A stretch of 64,000 nucleotides of DNA from an uncultured virus (IMG/VR IMGVR_UViG_3300029705_003489) (IMGVR_UViG_3300029705_003489); one strand, 5' to 3'. Counted from the stretch's first letter, positions 28,252-39,162 are shown. The notes: generated by a model from the sequence alone, not told the origin. Made by a program: numbers and translations.

Positions 28252-29873
28252 TGGAGAAAACCAGACCGAAGGGATATCCGAAACTTAAAAATTATCAGCC
28301 TTCCAAATTTATGCTGCCGACTTCACACTATGATAAAGCTAAGGCTGACCATGCAGTGAAGTTTATTGAAAATCTCTGTCACACCAAAGGTAAGTGGGCA
28401 GAGAAACGGTTCTGGCTGTTACCGTGGCAGGAGCAGATAATCCGGGATGTGTTTGGAATCGTTAAGGAGGATGGTACAAGGCAGTTTCGCACTGCCTACA
28501 CGGAAATTGGAAAAAAGAATGGCAAGTCAGAATTGGCAGCAGCCGTAGCACTGTATCTTCTTTATGCTGATAACGAACCATCAGCAGAAGTATATGGTGC
28601 CGCCGCTGACAGACAACAGGCAAGTATTGTATTCGATGTTGCGAAACAGATGGTGCAGATGGCTCCGGCTCTTATGAAACGTAGCAAAATCATGGGTGCA
28701 ACAAAAAGAATCGTTAATTATAACAATCAGGGATTTTACCAAGTGCTTAGTGCGGAAGTTGAAACCAAGCATGGTCTTAATGTTTCCGGTCTGGTACTTG
28801 ATGAAGTCCATGCCCAGCCAAACCGTAAGCTTTATGATGTCTTAACAAAAGGCTCCGGTGATGCTCGTGAACAGCCGTTGTTTTTTCTAATTACAACAGC
28901 GGGAACGGATAAGAAAAGTATTTGTTATGAACTGCATATGAAAAGTCTTGATATCCTTGCGGGGAGAAAAGTAGACCCTACGTTTTATCCGGTGGTTTAC
29001 GGCCTTACTGATGAGGAAGATTGGCATGATGAGGCAAACTGGTATAAAGCAAATCCATCCCTTGGGCAGACGATTCAGATTGATCGAGTCCGGGATGCAT
29101 ATCAGGAAGCGTTACAGAATCCGGCAGAGGAAAACGTGTTCAAGCAGCTTCGCCTTAATATGTGGGTATCATCGCTGACACAGTTTATTCCGGAGCAGAT
29201 ATATGAACTTGGAAATGTGCCGATTGATGAAGATGCCCTTTTCGGAAGGGAGTGTTATGCCGGACTTGATTTATCAAGCACCGGGGATATTACTGCATTT
29301 GTACTGGTGTTTCCACCAAGGACAGATACAGAGAAGTATATTGTGCTTCCGTTCTTTTGGGTGCCGGAGGATACAATTCCAATCCGTGTAAGGAGGGGCA
29401 ATGTTCCATACGATGTATGGGCAAGACAAGGTTATATCATGGCAACGGAAGGGAATGTTATTCACTACGATGCCATTGAAAAGAAAATAGAGGAACTTGG
29501 TAAAAAGTATCACATTTTAGAAATAGCCGTGGACAGATGGAATGCCACTCATGTGATTCAGAACCTTGAAGGGGAAGGATACACCATGGTGCCATTCGGA
29601 CAGGGATATAAGGATATGTCCCCGCCAACGAAGGAGTTTTATAAACTTCTCATGGAAGGAAACATCATTCACGGAGGTCATCCGGTTCTTAGGTGGATGG
29701 CAGGAAATGTGGTTGTGGAAACGGATGCTGCAGAAAATATTAAGGTGACAAAGGCAAAATCACCGGAGAAAATTGATGGTATTGTGGCAACGATTATGGC
29801 TCTTGACAGGGCTATCAGAAATCAGGGTAATAATTCCAGCGTTTACGATGAACGAGGGATTATTTATTTTTAG
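28251..29873 (+). CDS. terL: Terminase large subunit
   Basis: KKNGKSE, LDEVH, ITTAG, GLDLS, KIDG. Confidence 0.95.
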   Translation: MEKTRPKGYPKLKNYQPSKFMLPTSHYDKAKADHAVKFIENLCHTKGKWAEKRFWLLPWQEQIIRDVFGIVKEDGTRQFRTAYTEIGKKNGKSELAAAVALYLLYADNEPSAEVYGAAADRQQASIVFDVAKQMVQMAPALMKRSKIMGATKRIVNYNNQGFYQVLSAEVETKHGLNVSGLVLDEVHAQPNRKLYDVLTKGSGDAREQPLFFLITTAGTDKKSICYELHMKSLDILAGRKVDPTFYPVVYGLTDEEDWHDEANWYKANPSLGQTIQIDRVRDAYQEALQNPAEENVFKQLRLNMWVSSLTQFIPEQIYELGNVPIDEDALFGRECYAGLDLSSTGDITAFVLVFPPRTDTEKYIVLPFFWVPEDTIPIRVRRGNVPYDVWARQGYIMATEGNVIHYDAIEKKIEELGKKYHILEIAVDRWNATHVIQNLEGEGYTMVPFGQGYKDMSPPTKEFYKLLMEGNIIHGGHPVLRWMAGNVVVETDAAENIKVTKAKSPEKIDGIVATIMALDRAIRNQGNNSSVYDERGIIYF

Positions 29874-29999
29874 CACTTCGAAAGAGGTGTATTTTTTATG
29901 CGCATAAAAAGGTGGTGGTGTTTATGATTGTGTAAGCGCAAACCAAAAGTAACCCGTAGTTTTAGCACAAAGAAAAAGAATTTATGGAGGTAAAGAATT

Positions 30000-30539
30000 A
30001 TGGCAGTTGGTGGTTGGAGAATCAACTTATCCGGTGAAAATATCCCGGTGTATGAAGAAGTGTATGGTTCTACTGGTAGCAATCAGGTAGGAACTATTCA
30101 GAAAAATGAGTGTTTCGCAGAAGGTACGGTAATGGGTAGCACTGGTTACGAAGGTGACGGTGTTCCGGTAGAATTCATCAATGCAGACCATGAAATGACT
30201 TGGGGTGCATGTGAAGAGTACTTCGATTATGGTGATTTTGCGGATTACGCATCTAATGGTACTTCTTGGGAAGAGGTAGATACTTTAGAGCGTGTGGTTA
30301 AGTATACCACGTATGCGTACTATGCAGATGGCAGCAGATGCTGTAAGTTGGCAGCGGGCTCCCGTGTATGGTTAACTCGTAACTGTACTAAGGGCGCAAG
30401 TAAGCCAAATTATGTGGCTGTTACTGCGGTACAGACTGCGGCTGGTAAGAAGTATACCTTCAGCGGCAATGGCTTCGTAGACTTAGTTTACGGTGGCAAG
30501 TGGCTGAGACCAGGTAATATTCTTCTTAGAAAGGCCTAA
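30000..30539 (+). CDS. Hypothetical protein inserted between terL and portal
   Basis: GGAGG RBS, flanking hairpins, beta-rich sequence. Confidence 0.75.
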   Translation: MAVGGWRINLSGENIPVYEEVYGSTGSNQVGTIQKNECFAEGTVMGSTGYEGDGVPVEFINADHEMTWGACEEYFDYGDFADYASNGTSWEEVDTLERVVKYTTYAYYADGSRCCKLAAGSRVWLTRNCTKGASKPNYVAVTAVQTAAGKKYTFSGNGFVDLVYGGKWLRPGNILLRKA

Positions 30540-30603
30540 GAAAAAGGAGGCAGGAGTCATGGTGGATTCCTGCCTCTATTTCCCAAGTTAGGAGGTTTCG
30601 TTC

Positions 30604-31920
30604 ATGGGAATCATGAGTATGTTTGGCAAAAAGAGAACTGCCACGGATGTTGTTGCGGGTTCCGGGTATTCTTTTTTGTTTGGACGTTCCACTGCAGGAA
30701 AACCAGTTAATGAAAATACAGCTATGCAGACCACAGCGGTATATGCATGCGTGAGAATATTAGCAGAAACCATTGCATCCCTTCCTTTGCATGTATATCA
30801 GTACAAAGAGGGCGGTGGCAAAGAACTTCTGATAGACCATCCTTTATATCATGTGCTTCATGATGAACCTAATTCAGAGATGACTTCATTTGTGTTTCGG
30901 GAAACACTCATGAGTCATCTTTTAATTTGGGGAAATGCATATGCACAGATAATCCGAAATGGTGCCGGGCGGGTAATAGGTATGTATCCGTTGTTACCAA
31001 ACAGGGTATCTGTGGAGCGTAATGAAAAAGGGGAGATTTGCTATGTGTATTCCAAAAGCAAAGAAGAGAATCCGAACTTTAAGGATTCCGGAGATGTTGT
31101 ACTGAAAAAAGAGGATGTGCTGCATATTCCGGGGTTGGGATTCGATGGTCTGATAGGCTATAGTCCGATTGCCATGGCAAAAAATGCTGTGGGAATGACG
31201 CTTGCCTGTGAGGAATACGGTGCGAGTTTCTTTGCCAACGGTGCAAATCCCGGTGGTGTGTTGGAACATCCGGGAGTATTAAAAGACCCGGCAAAAGTAA
31301 GGGAATCTTGGAACGCTGTGTATCGTGGCAGTAATAATGCCGGGAAAGTTGCAGTTTTGGAAGAAGGAATGCACTACACACAGATTGGCATTCCACCAGA
31401 AGAAGCACAGTTTCTGGAAACACGTAAATTCCAGCTTAATGAAATTGCCAGACTTTACCGGATTCCGCCGCACATGGTAGGAGATTTGGAGAAAAGTTCT
31501 TTTAATAACATCGAGCAGCAGTCACTCGAATTTGTGAAATACACACTGGACCCATGGGTAATCCGTTGGGAGCAGTCCTTGCAGAAAGCATTGCTTCTTT
31601 CCAGTGAGAAGGGAAAGGTAATAATCAAATTCAATGTGGATGGTTTGCTCCGAGGGGATTATGCCTCAAGAATGAGTGGATATGCTACCGGAAGACAGAA
31701 CGGATGGTTCTCTGCCAATGATATCAGAGAAATGGAAAACATGAATCCTATTCCCGATGAAGAAGGCGGCAACCTGTATCTGGTAAACGGTTCCATGACT
31801 AAGTTAAAGGATGCAGGAGCGTTTTCTGAAACAGCACCGGAACAGGAAGAAGAACCGGAAACCGAAGAAAGTCCACCGGAAGAAAAGGAACAGAAAAATA
31901 TAAGGAGGAAACCAAAGTAA
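30604..31920 (+). CDS. HK97-family portal protein
   Basis: AVYACV.ILAETIASLP, WGNAY, FFANGA.PGG, NNIEQQ. Confidence 0.95.
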   Translation: MGIMSMFGKKRTATDVVAGSGYSFLFGRSTAGKPVNENTAMQTTAVYACVRILAETIASLPLHVYQYKEGGGKELLIDHPLYHVLHDEPNSEMTSFVFRETLMSHLLIWGNAYAQIIRNGAGRVIGMYPLLPNRVSVERNEKGEICYVYSKSKEENPNFKDSGDVVLKKEDVLHIPGLGFDGLIGYSPIAMAKNAVGMTLACEEYGASFFANGANPGGVLEHPGVLKDPAKVRESWNAVYRGSNNAGKVAVLEEGMHYTQIGIPPEEAQFLETRKFQLNEIARLYRIPPHMVGDLEKSSFNNIEQQSLEFVKYTLDPWVIRWEQSLQKALLLSSEKGKVIIKFNVDGLLRGDYASRMSGYATGRQNGWFSANDIREMENMNPIPDEEGGNLYLVNGSMTKLKDAGAFSETAPEQEEEPETEESPPEEKEQKNIRRKPK

Positions 31921-32693
31921 TGAAACAGAAGTTTTGGAACTGGGTAAAAAATGAGGGCACTCTTGAGGAAAGAACGCTCTTTTTAAATGGGGAAATTTCG
32001 GATGAAACGTGGTACGGGGATGAAGTTACTCCAAAATTGTTTAGTGATGAACTGAATGCCGGGAACGGCAACATTACCGTTTGGATTAACTCTCCGGGAG
32101 GGGATGTGTTCGCAGCGGCTCAGATTTATAACATGTTAAGAGCCTATAAGGGCAAGGTTACCGTCCGTATCGACAGCTTGGCTGCATCGGCTGCATCCAT
32201 GATTGCCATGGCGGGAGACACCGTGGAAATGAGTCCGGTGGCAATGATGATGATTCATAATCCGTCCACTATTGCAGCGGGGAACACGGCGGATATGCAG
32301 GCTGCCATTGGAATGCTGAATGAAGTAAAGGAAGCAATCCTTAATGCGTATGAGGGTAAAACCGGAATGCGCAGAAGCAAGTTGGCAACGATGATGGATG
32401 AGGAAACATGGATCAATGCAAAGAAAGCATTGGAACTTGGTTTCTGTGACCGCATTCTGTTTTCGGATGGTGTGGTGGAAGCGAAGGAAGAACCGGAAGA
32501 CGGGGAGCAGGAGGAAAAGGAAAACGATGCAAAGTTTACGCTGAAGGCAGTGTATCCGTTCCCACTGACTTCCATGATGTATTCCCGTAAGAGCATGGAG
32601 GATTCCTTTATTTCCAAGGTAACAAAAGAAGCTCCGAAGGATGGAGTTTCCATAGAACGGTTGAGGGAGAGACTCAATCTCATAGCACATTAA
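31920..32693 (+). CDS. ClpP-type prohead protease
   Basis: INSPGGDV, AASAAS, MMIHNP, ETW. Confidence 0.93.
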   Translation: MKQKFWNWVKNEGTLEERTLFLNGEISDETWYGDEVTPKLFSDELNAGNGNITVWINSPGGDVFAAAQIYNMLRAYKGKVTVRIDSLAASAASMIAMAGDTVEMSPVAMMMIHNPSTIAAGNTADMQAAIGMLNEVKEAILNAYEGKTGMRRSKLATMMDEETWINAKKALELGFCDRILFSDGVVEAKEEPEDGEQEEKENDAKFTLKAVYPFPLTSMMYSRKSMEDSFISKVTKEAPKDGVSIERLRERLNLIAH

Positions 32694-32707
32694 AGGAGGA
32701 TTTTTTT

Positions 32708-33907
32708 ATGAGCAAGACATTAGAATTGCGCGAAAAGCGTGCGAAAGCGTGGGAAGCCGCTAAAAGTTTCCTTGATGCAAAAGCAGAAAACGGTATGTTT
32801 GTAAATGCAGAAGATGCTGCTACTTATGACAAGATGGAAAAGGAAGTAGTGGACCTTGGAGCCCAGATTGACCGCTTGGAGCGTCAGGCTGCAATTGATG
32901 CAGAAATGGCAAAGGCAGTGAATGTACCGATTACAAACAAGCCGACCACCGGAATGTTTGAAGATGAGAAAAAGGGAAGAGCATCGGATGAATATAAGAA
33001 GGCATTCTGGAACTCCATGAGAAACCGTAATTCTTATGAAGTGATGAATGCCCTTTCTATTGGTACGGATTCCGAAGGTGGTTACCTTGTACCGGATGAA
33101 TATGAAAAGAAGTTGGTGGAGGCACTTGGAGATGAAGTATTCTTCCGTTCCCTTGCAACCGTTATTAAGACTTCCTCCGGTGACAGAAAGATTCCGATTG
33201 TTACTTCCAAGGGCGAGGCGGCATGGATTGATGAAGGCGGTGCTTTCCCAGAGTCTGATGACAGCTTCGGTCAGACTTCCATCGGTGCTTATAAGTTAGC
33301 AACCATGATTAAGGTATCTGACGAACTTTTAAATGATTCTGTGTTCAGTATTGAGAATTATATTTCTAAGGAATTTGGCCGCAGAATTGGTGCAAAGGAA
33401 GAAGAGGCATTTTTCGTAGGTGACGGTAAGGGTAAGCCAACCGGATTATTCCCATCTGCGGATGTAGGAGTAACCGTGGCAACCACAAGCATTACCTTTG
33501 ACGATGTGATGGACTTATATTACAGCCTTCGTGCGCCTTACAGAAACAAGGCTTCTTGGCTGCTTAATGATTCCACGGTAAAGGCAATCAGAAAATTAAA
33601 GGATGGTAACGGCAATTATATCTGGCAGCCATCCGTAAGAGAGGGAGAACCGGACCGTATTTTAAACCGTCCGTACAGAACTTCCATTTATGTGCCGGAA
33701 CTTGCAGCGGGCAATAAGGTATTTGCTTTCGGTGATTTCTCTTATTATTGGATTGCTGACCGTCAGGGCAGAAGTTTCAAGAGATTAAATGAGCTTTATG
33801 CAACTACCGGACAGGTTGGTTTCCTTGCATCCGAGCGTGTGGATGGTAAGCTGATTCTTTCCGAAGCAGTAAAGACCATGGAAATCAAGGCGAAAACAAC
33901 CGCCTAA
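32708..33907 (+). CDS. HK97-family major capsid protein
   Basis: GGYLVP, VSDELLND, LKDGNGNYIWQP, FGDFS. Confidence 0.95.
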   Translation: MSKTLELREKRAKAWEAAKSFLDAKAENGMFVNAEDAATYDKMEKEVVDLGAQIDRLERQAAIDAEMAKAVNVPITNKPTTGMFEDEKKGRASDEYKKAFWNSMRNRNSYEVMNALSIGTDSEGGYLVPDEYEKKLVEALGDEVFFRSLATVIKTSSGDRKIPIVTSKGEAAWIDEGGAFPESDDSFGQTSIGAYKLATMIKVSDELLNDSVFSIENYISKEFGRRIGAKEEEAFFVGDGKGKPTGLFPSADVGVTVATTSITFDDVMDLYYSLRAPYRNKASWLLNDSTVKAIRKLKDGNGNYIWQPSVREGEPDRILNRPYRTSIYVPELAAGNKVFAFGDFSYYWIADRQGRSFKRLNELYATTGQVGFLASERVDGKLILSEAVKTMEIKAKTTA

Positions 33908-33961
33908 GATATGATGAGCCTTCCGGGATGACCGGGAGGCTCTCCTTTTGGAGGTGAGTGT

Positions 33962-34237
33962 GTGGTTATTAGTCTTGAAGAAGCAAAACTGTATTTAAGG
34001 CTGGATTCTAATGAGGAAGATGCCTTTGTTGAAAAACTGATACTGGCAGCAGAATCCCTGTGCAGGGACATTGCGAGAATTGATGAAGAGGAACTGAAAG
34101 CCAATGCTGCCACCACAAGGATTGCCGTACTGTATGCCGTGGCATTTTTATATGAGCATAGGGAAGATGCAAACCAAGTGGAACTGGTGGGAATGCTTAA
34201 GGCTTTATTATTTGGTATCCGGAAGGCGGTGTTCTAA
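33962..34237 (+). CDS. Head-tail connector (gp6-like)
   Basis: SLEEAKLYLRLD...LYEHRE. Confidence 0.88.
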   Translation: MVISLEEAKLYLRLDSNEEDAFVEKLILAAESLCRDIARIDEEELKANAATTRIAVLYAVAFLYEHREDANQVELVGMLKALLFGIRKAVF

Positions 34238-34551
34238 TGAAGTTAGGACGAATGCGATACCGGATACAGATTAAGGTTTATTCTGCAGGAAAAGATAAGG
34301 ACGGCTTTGTTATAAAGGATTGGAAAACGGTAGCAAGCGTGTGGGCAGATATGGTTCCGGTTACCGGGAGTGAATATATGTCCATGGATACAGAAATGTC
34401 CTCCGTGACATGGAAAGTGTATATCCGCTATCGTGAGGATGTCACCGCTGACATGCGGATTTTTTATGGTGACCGAACTTTGGAAATTGTATCGGTGCTT
34501 GGAGATAAGCGTGGAGGTATGCTTACCATTATGGCAAAGGAGGTATCGTAG
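34237..34551 (+). CDS. Head-closure / head-tail adaptor
   Basis: RIQI...W..VASVWA...IRYR...MRI. Confidence 0.85.
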   Translation: MKLGRMRYRIQIKVYSAGKDKDGFVIKDWKTVASVWADMVPVTGSEYMSMDTEMSSVTWKVYIRYREDVTADMRIFYGDRTLEIVSVLGDKRGGMLTIMAKEVS

Positions 34552-34982
34552 TGGCAAAAATGAGTTATGAAATGCCGGACGATATGATACGGAAACTGTC
34601 AGCGCTTCGTAGCAATTACGATGAAGTGGTGGATAAGGTGTTACAGGAGGGTGTTGTTCCTTTGGAAGAGGAAATGAGAAAAAATCTCTCCGGTGCGATT
34701 GGTAAAGGTACCAAGCATCCATCGGAATCCACAGGTGAGTTGCTCGACTCCCTTCGAGTGACCAGACCATATCAGACTGCGGATGGGGACTGGAATATCA
34801 AGGTGGGTTGTATCGGATATGATTCAAAGGGAGTACCGAACCCTTTAAAGGCGGCTGTACTTGAAAAGGGTAAGTCAAACCAAAGGGCAAAACCATGGGC
34901 AAAGCCGGCGGCAAGGGCAGCAAAGGATAAGTGCATACAGAAAATGCAGGAAACATTGGATGCGGAGGTAAAGCGGTTATGA
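34551..34982 (+). CDS. HK97 gp10-like neck protein
   Basis: TGELLDS...LEKGKS.Q.AKPW; position. Confidence 0.8.
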   Translation: MAKMSYEMPDDMIRKLSALRSNYDEVVDKVLQEGVVPLEEEMRKNLSGAIGKGTKHPSESTGELLDSLRVTRPYQTADGDWNIKVGCIGYDSKGVPNPLKAAVLEKGKSNQRAKPWAKPAARAAKDKCIQKMQETLDAEVKRL

Positions 34983-35350
34983 GTATTAATGAACTGGTAA
35001 TTCAGACATTATCCGACTTAGTGCAGGATATTTCTGTTGCAGAAAATCCTACCAATGATGATAAAGGAAGAAAAAAGCAGCCGGATACTTTTCTTGTGAT
35101 ACTTCCGATTTTTGATAAACTGCTTCTTTCTGCCGATGATCAGCCAACAATGCAGAGTGAAGAAATTGTACTGGCACTGTATACGAGAGGAAACTATCTG
35201 TCTTTAAGAGACCGCATCACAAAGCGGCTTCTTGGGGCGGGTATTTCTATTTTACAGCGGAAGTATGAAGAGTATGAGGATGACACGGGCTATCATCATT
35301 ATACCTTTGATTTGGAACTGGCCCAAGAAATAGAAATGGAGGAAGAATAG
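34979..35350 (+). CDS. Tail terminator (putative)
   Basis: YEDDTGYHHY motif; position before major tail gene. Confidence 0.75.
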   Translation: MSINELVIQTLSDLVQDISVAENPTNDDKGRKKQPDTFLVILPIFDKLLLSADDQPTMQSEEIVLALYTRGNYLSLRDRITKRLLGAGISILQRKYEEYEDDTGYHHYTFDLELAQEIEMEEE

Positions 35351-35351
35351 C

Positions 35352-35942
35352 ATGGCAACGATTGGTTTGGATAAATTATTCTATGCGAAAATTACGGAAG
35401 ATGCCAATGGTAATGAAACCTATGATAAGCCGAAGTCTTTAGCAAAGGCTATGAATGCGGAACTGTCGGTGGATTTGGCGGAAGCTACGCTGTATGCAGA
35501 TGACGGTGCTGCTGAGATTGTAAAGGAATTCAAAAGCGGTAAACTGACCCTCGGTGTGAATGACATCGGACAGGAAGTTGCGGAAGATTTGACCGGAGCA
35601 ACCATTGACGGTAACAAGGTGTTAATCTCTGCATCGGAAGATAATGCCAGTCCGGTGGCAGTAGGTTTCAGGGCAAAGAAATCCAATGGTAAGTACCGTT
35701 ACTTCTGGTTATACCGTGTAAAGTTTGGTATTCCTGCAACAAATCTTACTACCAAGGGAGATTCCATCGAATTTTCCACACCATCCATTGAGGGTACGGT
35801 TCTTCGCAGAAACAAGGTGGATGGTCTTAATAATCATCCGTGGAAGGCAGAAGTTTCCGAAGACGATGATGGTGTAACAGCAGAGGTTATTTCCGGCTGG
35901 TATGATGAAGTTTATGAGCCGTCTTATACCAGTGTAGGTTAG
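35352..35942 (+). CDS. Major tail protein, phi13 family
   Basis: IGLDKLFYA, LYADDG, WLYRVKF, TKGDSIEF. Confidence 0.9.
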   Translation: MATIGLDKLFYAKITEDANGNETYDKPKSLAKAMNAELSVDLAEATLYADDGAAEIVKEFKSGKLTLGVNDIGQEVAEDLTGATIDGNKVLISASEDNASPVAVGFRAKKSNGKYRYFWLYRVKFGIPATNLTTKGDSIEFSTPSIEGTVLRRNKVDGLNNHPWKAEVSEDDDGVTAEVISGWYDEVYEPSYTSVG

Positions 35943-35954
35943 GAGGAGTAGCAG

Positions 35955-36335
35955 ATGGAAGACAGAACAGCGGTAATTAATATTGGTGGGAAGGACTATA
36001 AGTTACTTCTTACCACGAGAGCGACAAAGGAGATTGCAGCAAGATACGGCGGTATCCAGAACCTTGGAGAGAAGCTGATGAAGGCAGAAAACTTTGAGAT
36101 GGCATTGGATGAGATTGTGTGGCTGATTGTCCTTTTAGTAAATCAGACCATTCTGGTGCATAACTTACAGCATCCGGATGACAAGCAGCCGGAAGTGACT
36201 CCGGAAGAAGTCGAACTCTTAACTTCTCCATTCCAGTTGGCAGAATATAAATCTGCTATCATGGAGACCATGGTTAAGGGAACAAAAAGAAATGTGGAAA
36301 GTGAACCGGATGTAAAAAACACAGTGGCCGAGTAA
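35955..36335 (+). CDS. Tail assembly chaperone (G)
   Basis: Between major tail and tape measure genes; slippery heptamer near 3' end. Confidence 0.85.
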   Translation: MEDRTAVINIGGKDYKLLLTTRATKEIAARYGGIQNLGEKLMKAENFEMALDEIVWLIVLLVNQTILVHNLQHPDDKQPEVTPEEVELLTSPFQLAEYKSAIMETMVKGTKRNVESEPDVKNTVAE

Positions 36336-36523
36336 GCAATGAAGAATTGTTTACCCGGCTTTTGTATTACGGCATCGCACATCTTCATCTGTCTCAGGAG
36401 GAAGTGTGGCTGATGCCGTTTGGTTTACTGCTCGATTTGTGGGAGTGCCACAAGCAATATCATGGAATTTCAAAACCAAAGCGGGAGTTATCCATTGATG
36501 AGGTAATTCCATTTGGAATCTGA
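36314..36523 (+). CDS. Tail assembly chaperone GT extension via -1 frameshift at A AAA AAC
   Basis: In-frame heptamer 36314-36320; -1 frame open to TGA 36521-36523 (HSGRVSNEELFTRLLYYGIAHLHLSQEEVWLMPFGLLLDLWE...). Confidence 0.8.
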   Translation, partial: KKHSGRVSNEELFTRLLYYGIAHLHLSQEEVWLMPFGLLLDLWECHKQYHGISKPKRELSIDEVIPFGI

Positions 36524-36543
36524 CGAAGGGAGGTTAATGGCGC

Positions 36544-39162
36544 ATGGCAGAGAGTTTTGGTGTAAAAATGGGTGTTGAAGGCGAAAAGGAGTTTAAGGCT
36601 GCCCTTTCTGATATCAATCAGGCATTTAAGGTGTTAGGCTCTGAAATGAAACTGGCAGAGTCCCAATTTGCTAAAAATGATACTTCTATAGGCGCATTGA
36701 CCGCCCGCAATCAGGTTCTTAATAAAGAGATTGAAGAACAGAAGAAAAAAGTGGATTTATTACGCTCTGCTCTGGATAATGCATCAGCATCGTTTGGAGA
36801 AAATGATAAGCGTACACAGAATTGGAAAATTCAGCTTAATAATGCTACAGCTACTTTGAACGATATGGAGAGGGAACTGAAGCAGAATGAGCAGACAATA
36901 GATGAATTAGGGGATGAGTTTACCCAATCCGGGAAAAAGGCAGATAAATTTGGTGATGAATTGGAAGGTGCTGCTAAAGATGCGGATGATGCATCCTCTA
37001 AATTCGAGAAGGTGGGTTCTACCTTAAAGGGTCTTGGAGTTGCACTAGGCAGTGCACTTGTAGCTGCAGGTACAGCATTAGCCGGAATAACAAAGGGATT
37101 CCTTGATTTGGCAGAATCTACAAGGGAATACAGAGAAGACCAAGCTAAACTGGATGCTGCTTTTATTACGGCAGGTTTTACCGCTGATCAGGCGGGAGAT
37201 GCATATAAATCCTTTTATGCGATATTGGGAGAAGAAGACCGAAGCGTAGAAGCAGTAAATCACTTAGCAAAATTGTGTGAAACAGAAAAAGAACTTACAC
37301 AATGGGCTGATATAGCGGCAGGTGTTTGGGCAACTTTTGGTGACAGCCTTCCAATTGAAGGATTAACGGAAGCGGCAAATGAAACGGCAAAAACAGGGCA
37401 GTTGACAGGTGTTCTTGCCGATGCATTGAATTGGGCAGGATATTCGGAAGATGCATTTCAAGCAGCCTTAGATTCCTGTGTATCGGAACAGGAAAGGGCA
37501 GCACTGATTACAGAAACATTAAATGGCCTGTATGAAGATGCAGCCAATAATTACAAAGAATTAAATGGAAGTGTAATGGATGCCCAGCGTGCGCAGGCTG
37601 AATTAACGGATACTTATGCGGAATTGGGTGCGATTGCAGAGCCTATTATGACTACGTTGAAGTTCATGGCTTCGGATGTATTAAATGCAATGATACCGTT
37701 TGTTGCAATGATGGGGGAAGGATTACAGGGTGTTCTTTCCGGTTCGGCTGATTCGGCAGAAACTTTTGCAGAAGGAATTAAGGGGATTGTTGAAGTTTTA
37801 TTGGAGCAGGTATCAACCATTATTCCTGTGATAGGAAAAGCAATATTAGCAAGTATTCCGGTGCTACTGAATGCGGGTGTGGATATTATTATGACATTGC
37901 TTAACGGCATTATTACCGCATTACCGGAAATTACTAATGCAGCCGTGATTGTTGTTATGGAACTGATAAATGGACTGTTATCCATGCTGCCGCAGATTAT
38001 CGAGGCTTCCGTGCAGATGATTGCAACATTGGCCACGGGAATTGCAGAAGCACTTCCACAGCTTATTCCTACGGTTGTACAGATTTTGACCACGATAATT
38101 TCAACACTGATTGAAAATTTGCCACTGGTGTTGGAGGCAGCCCTTCAGTTGATTACCGGACTTGCACAGGGACTGCTTGATGCCATCCCGGTATTGATTG
38201 CAGCTTTGCCGGAAATCATCAACTCCATCATCAATTTTATCGTTGCAGCAATACCACAGATAATCGAGGCAGGAATACAGCTTCTTACTTCTCTGGTACA
38301 GGCTTTGCCAGAGATTATTGTTGCTATTGTGGAGGCAATCCCTCTGATTATTGATGGAATCGTAACAGCGGTAGTGGAGGCGATTCCTTTAATTATACAG
38401 GCTGGTATGGACTTGTTAGTGTCCTTAATTCAGAACCTGCCAATGATTATTGAAACGATAGTCACGGCATTACCTCAGATTGTAACGGCAATCGTTGAGG
38501 CTCTGACCGGAAACATTGATAAGATCATCATGGCAGGAGCGCAGCTTTTTATGGCATTGATTGAAAATTTACCGACCATTATTGTGGAACTGGTAAAAGC
38601 AGTACCGAAGATTATTACTGCTTTAGTGGAGGGATTTGCGGAAGGTTTCTCCTCCATGACAGAAGTAGGACTTAATTTGATTAAGGGTATTTGGGACGGT
38701 ATTGGTGATGCTACTTCATGGCTCTATGATAAAATCAGTGGATTTTGTGGCGGTGTCATGGATAAGATTAAAGACTTGTTTGGCATCCACTCTCCATCCA
38801 GAGAAATGGCATGGGTTGGTGAAATGTTAGTGGACGGTCTGTCCGGTTCGATTGAAGATAACAGTGACAGTGCTGTAAGAGCTGCCGCTGAGATGTCTGC
38901 CGGAATTCTTGGCGTGATGAACGGTTTGTCGGAGGATTTGGAGACAAGCATACCGACTGATTTTGCCATGAATACCACGGCATCCGTGGATGCGATTACC
39001 GGAGGAGCAACCGGAGCCGGGGCATCCAACTTTGGCTCTATGATAACCATTCAGGAAATGATTGTCCGAAGTGAGGACGATATCAGAAAAGTATCACAGG
39101 AATTATACAATCTGCTGCAAACAAGTTCGAGAGCAGCAGGTGGAAGAATTGTAACTGCGTAG
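36544..39162 (+). CDS. Tape measure protein
   Basis: 872 aa, coiled-coil N-terminus, LP.I repeats, FGIHSPS. Confidence 0.93.
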   Translation: MAESFGVKMGVEGEKEFKAALSDINQAFKVLGSEMKLAESQFAKNDTSIGALTARNQVLNKEIEEQKKKVDLLRSALDNASASFGENDKRTQNWKIQLNNATATLNDMERELKQNEQTIDELGDEFTQSGKKADKFGDELEGAAKDADDASSKFEKVGSTLKGLGVALGSALVAAGTALAGITKGFLDLAESTREYREDQAKLDAAFITAGFTADQAGDAYKSFYAILGEEDRSVEAVNHLAKLCETEKELTQWADIAAGVWATFGDSLPIEGLTEAANETAKTGQLTGVLADALNWAGYSEDAFQAALDSCVSEQERAALITETLNGLYEDAANNYKELNGSVMDAQRAQAELTDTYAELGAIAEPIMTTLKFMASDVLNAMIPFVAMMGEGLQGVLSGSADSAETFAEGIKGIVEVLLEQVSTIIPVIGKAILASIPVLLNAGVDIIMTLLNGIITALPEITNAAVIVVMELINGLLSMLPQIIEASVQMIATLATGIAEALPQLIPTVVQILTTIISTLIENLPLVLEAALQLITGLAQGLLDAIPVLIAALPEIINSIINFIVAAIPQIIEAGIQLLTSLVQALPEIIVAIVEAIPLIIDGIVTAVVEAIPLIIQAGMDLLVSLIQNLPMIIETIVTALPQIVTAIVEALTGNIDKIIMAGAQLFMALIENLPTIIVELVKAVPKIITALVEGFAEGFSSMTEVGLNLIKGIWDGIGDATSWLYDKISGFCGGVMDKIKDLFGIHSPSREMAWVGEMLVDGLSGSIEDNSDSAVRAAAEMSAGILGVMNGLSEDLETSIPTDFAMNTTASVDAITGGATGAGASNFGSMITIQEMIVRSEDDIRKVSQELYNLLQTSSRAAGGRIVTA

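Noticed and set aside
37800..38640. Periodic LP.I repeats
   Set aside because: Ordinary tape-measure protein periodicity
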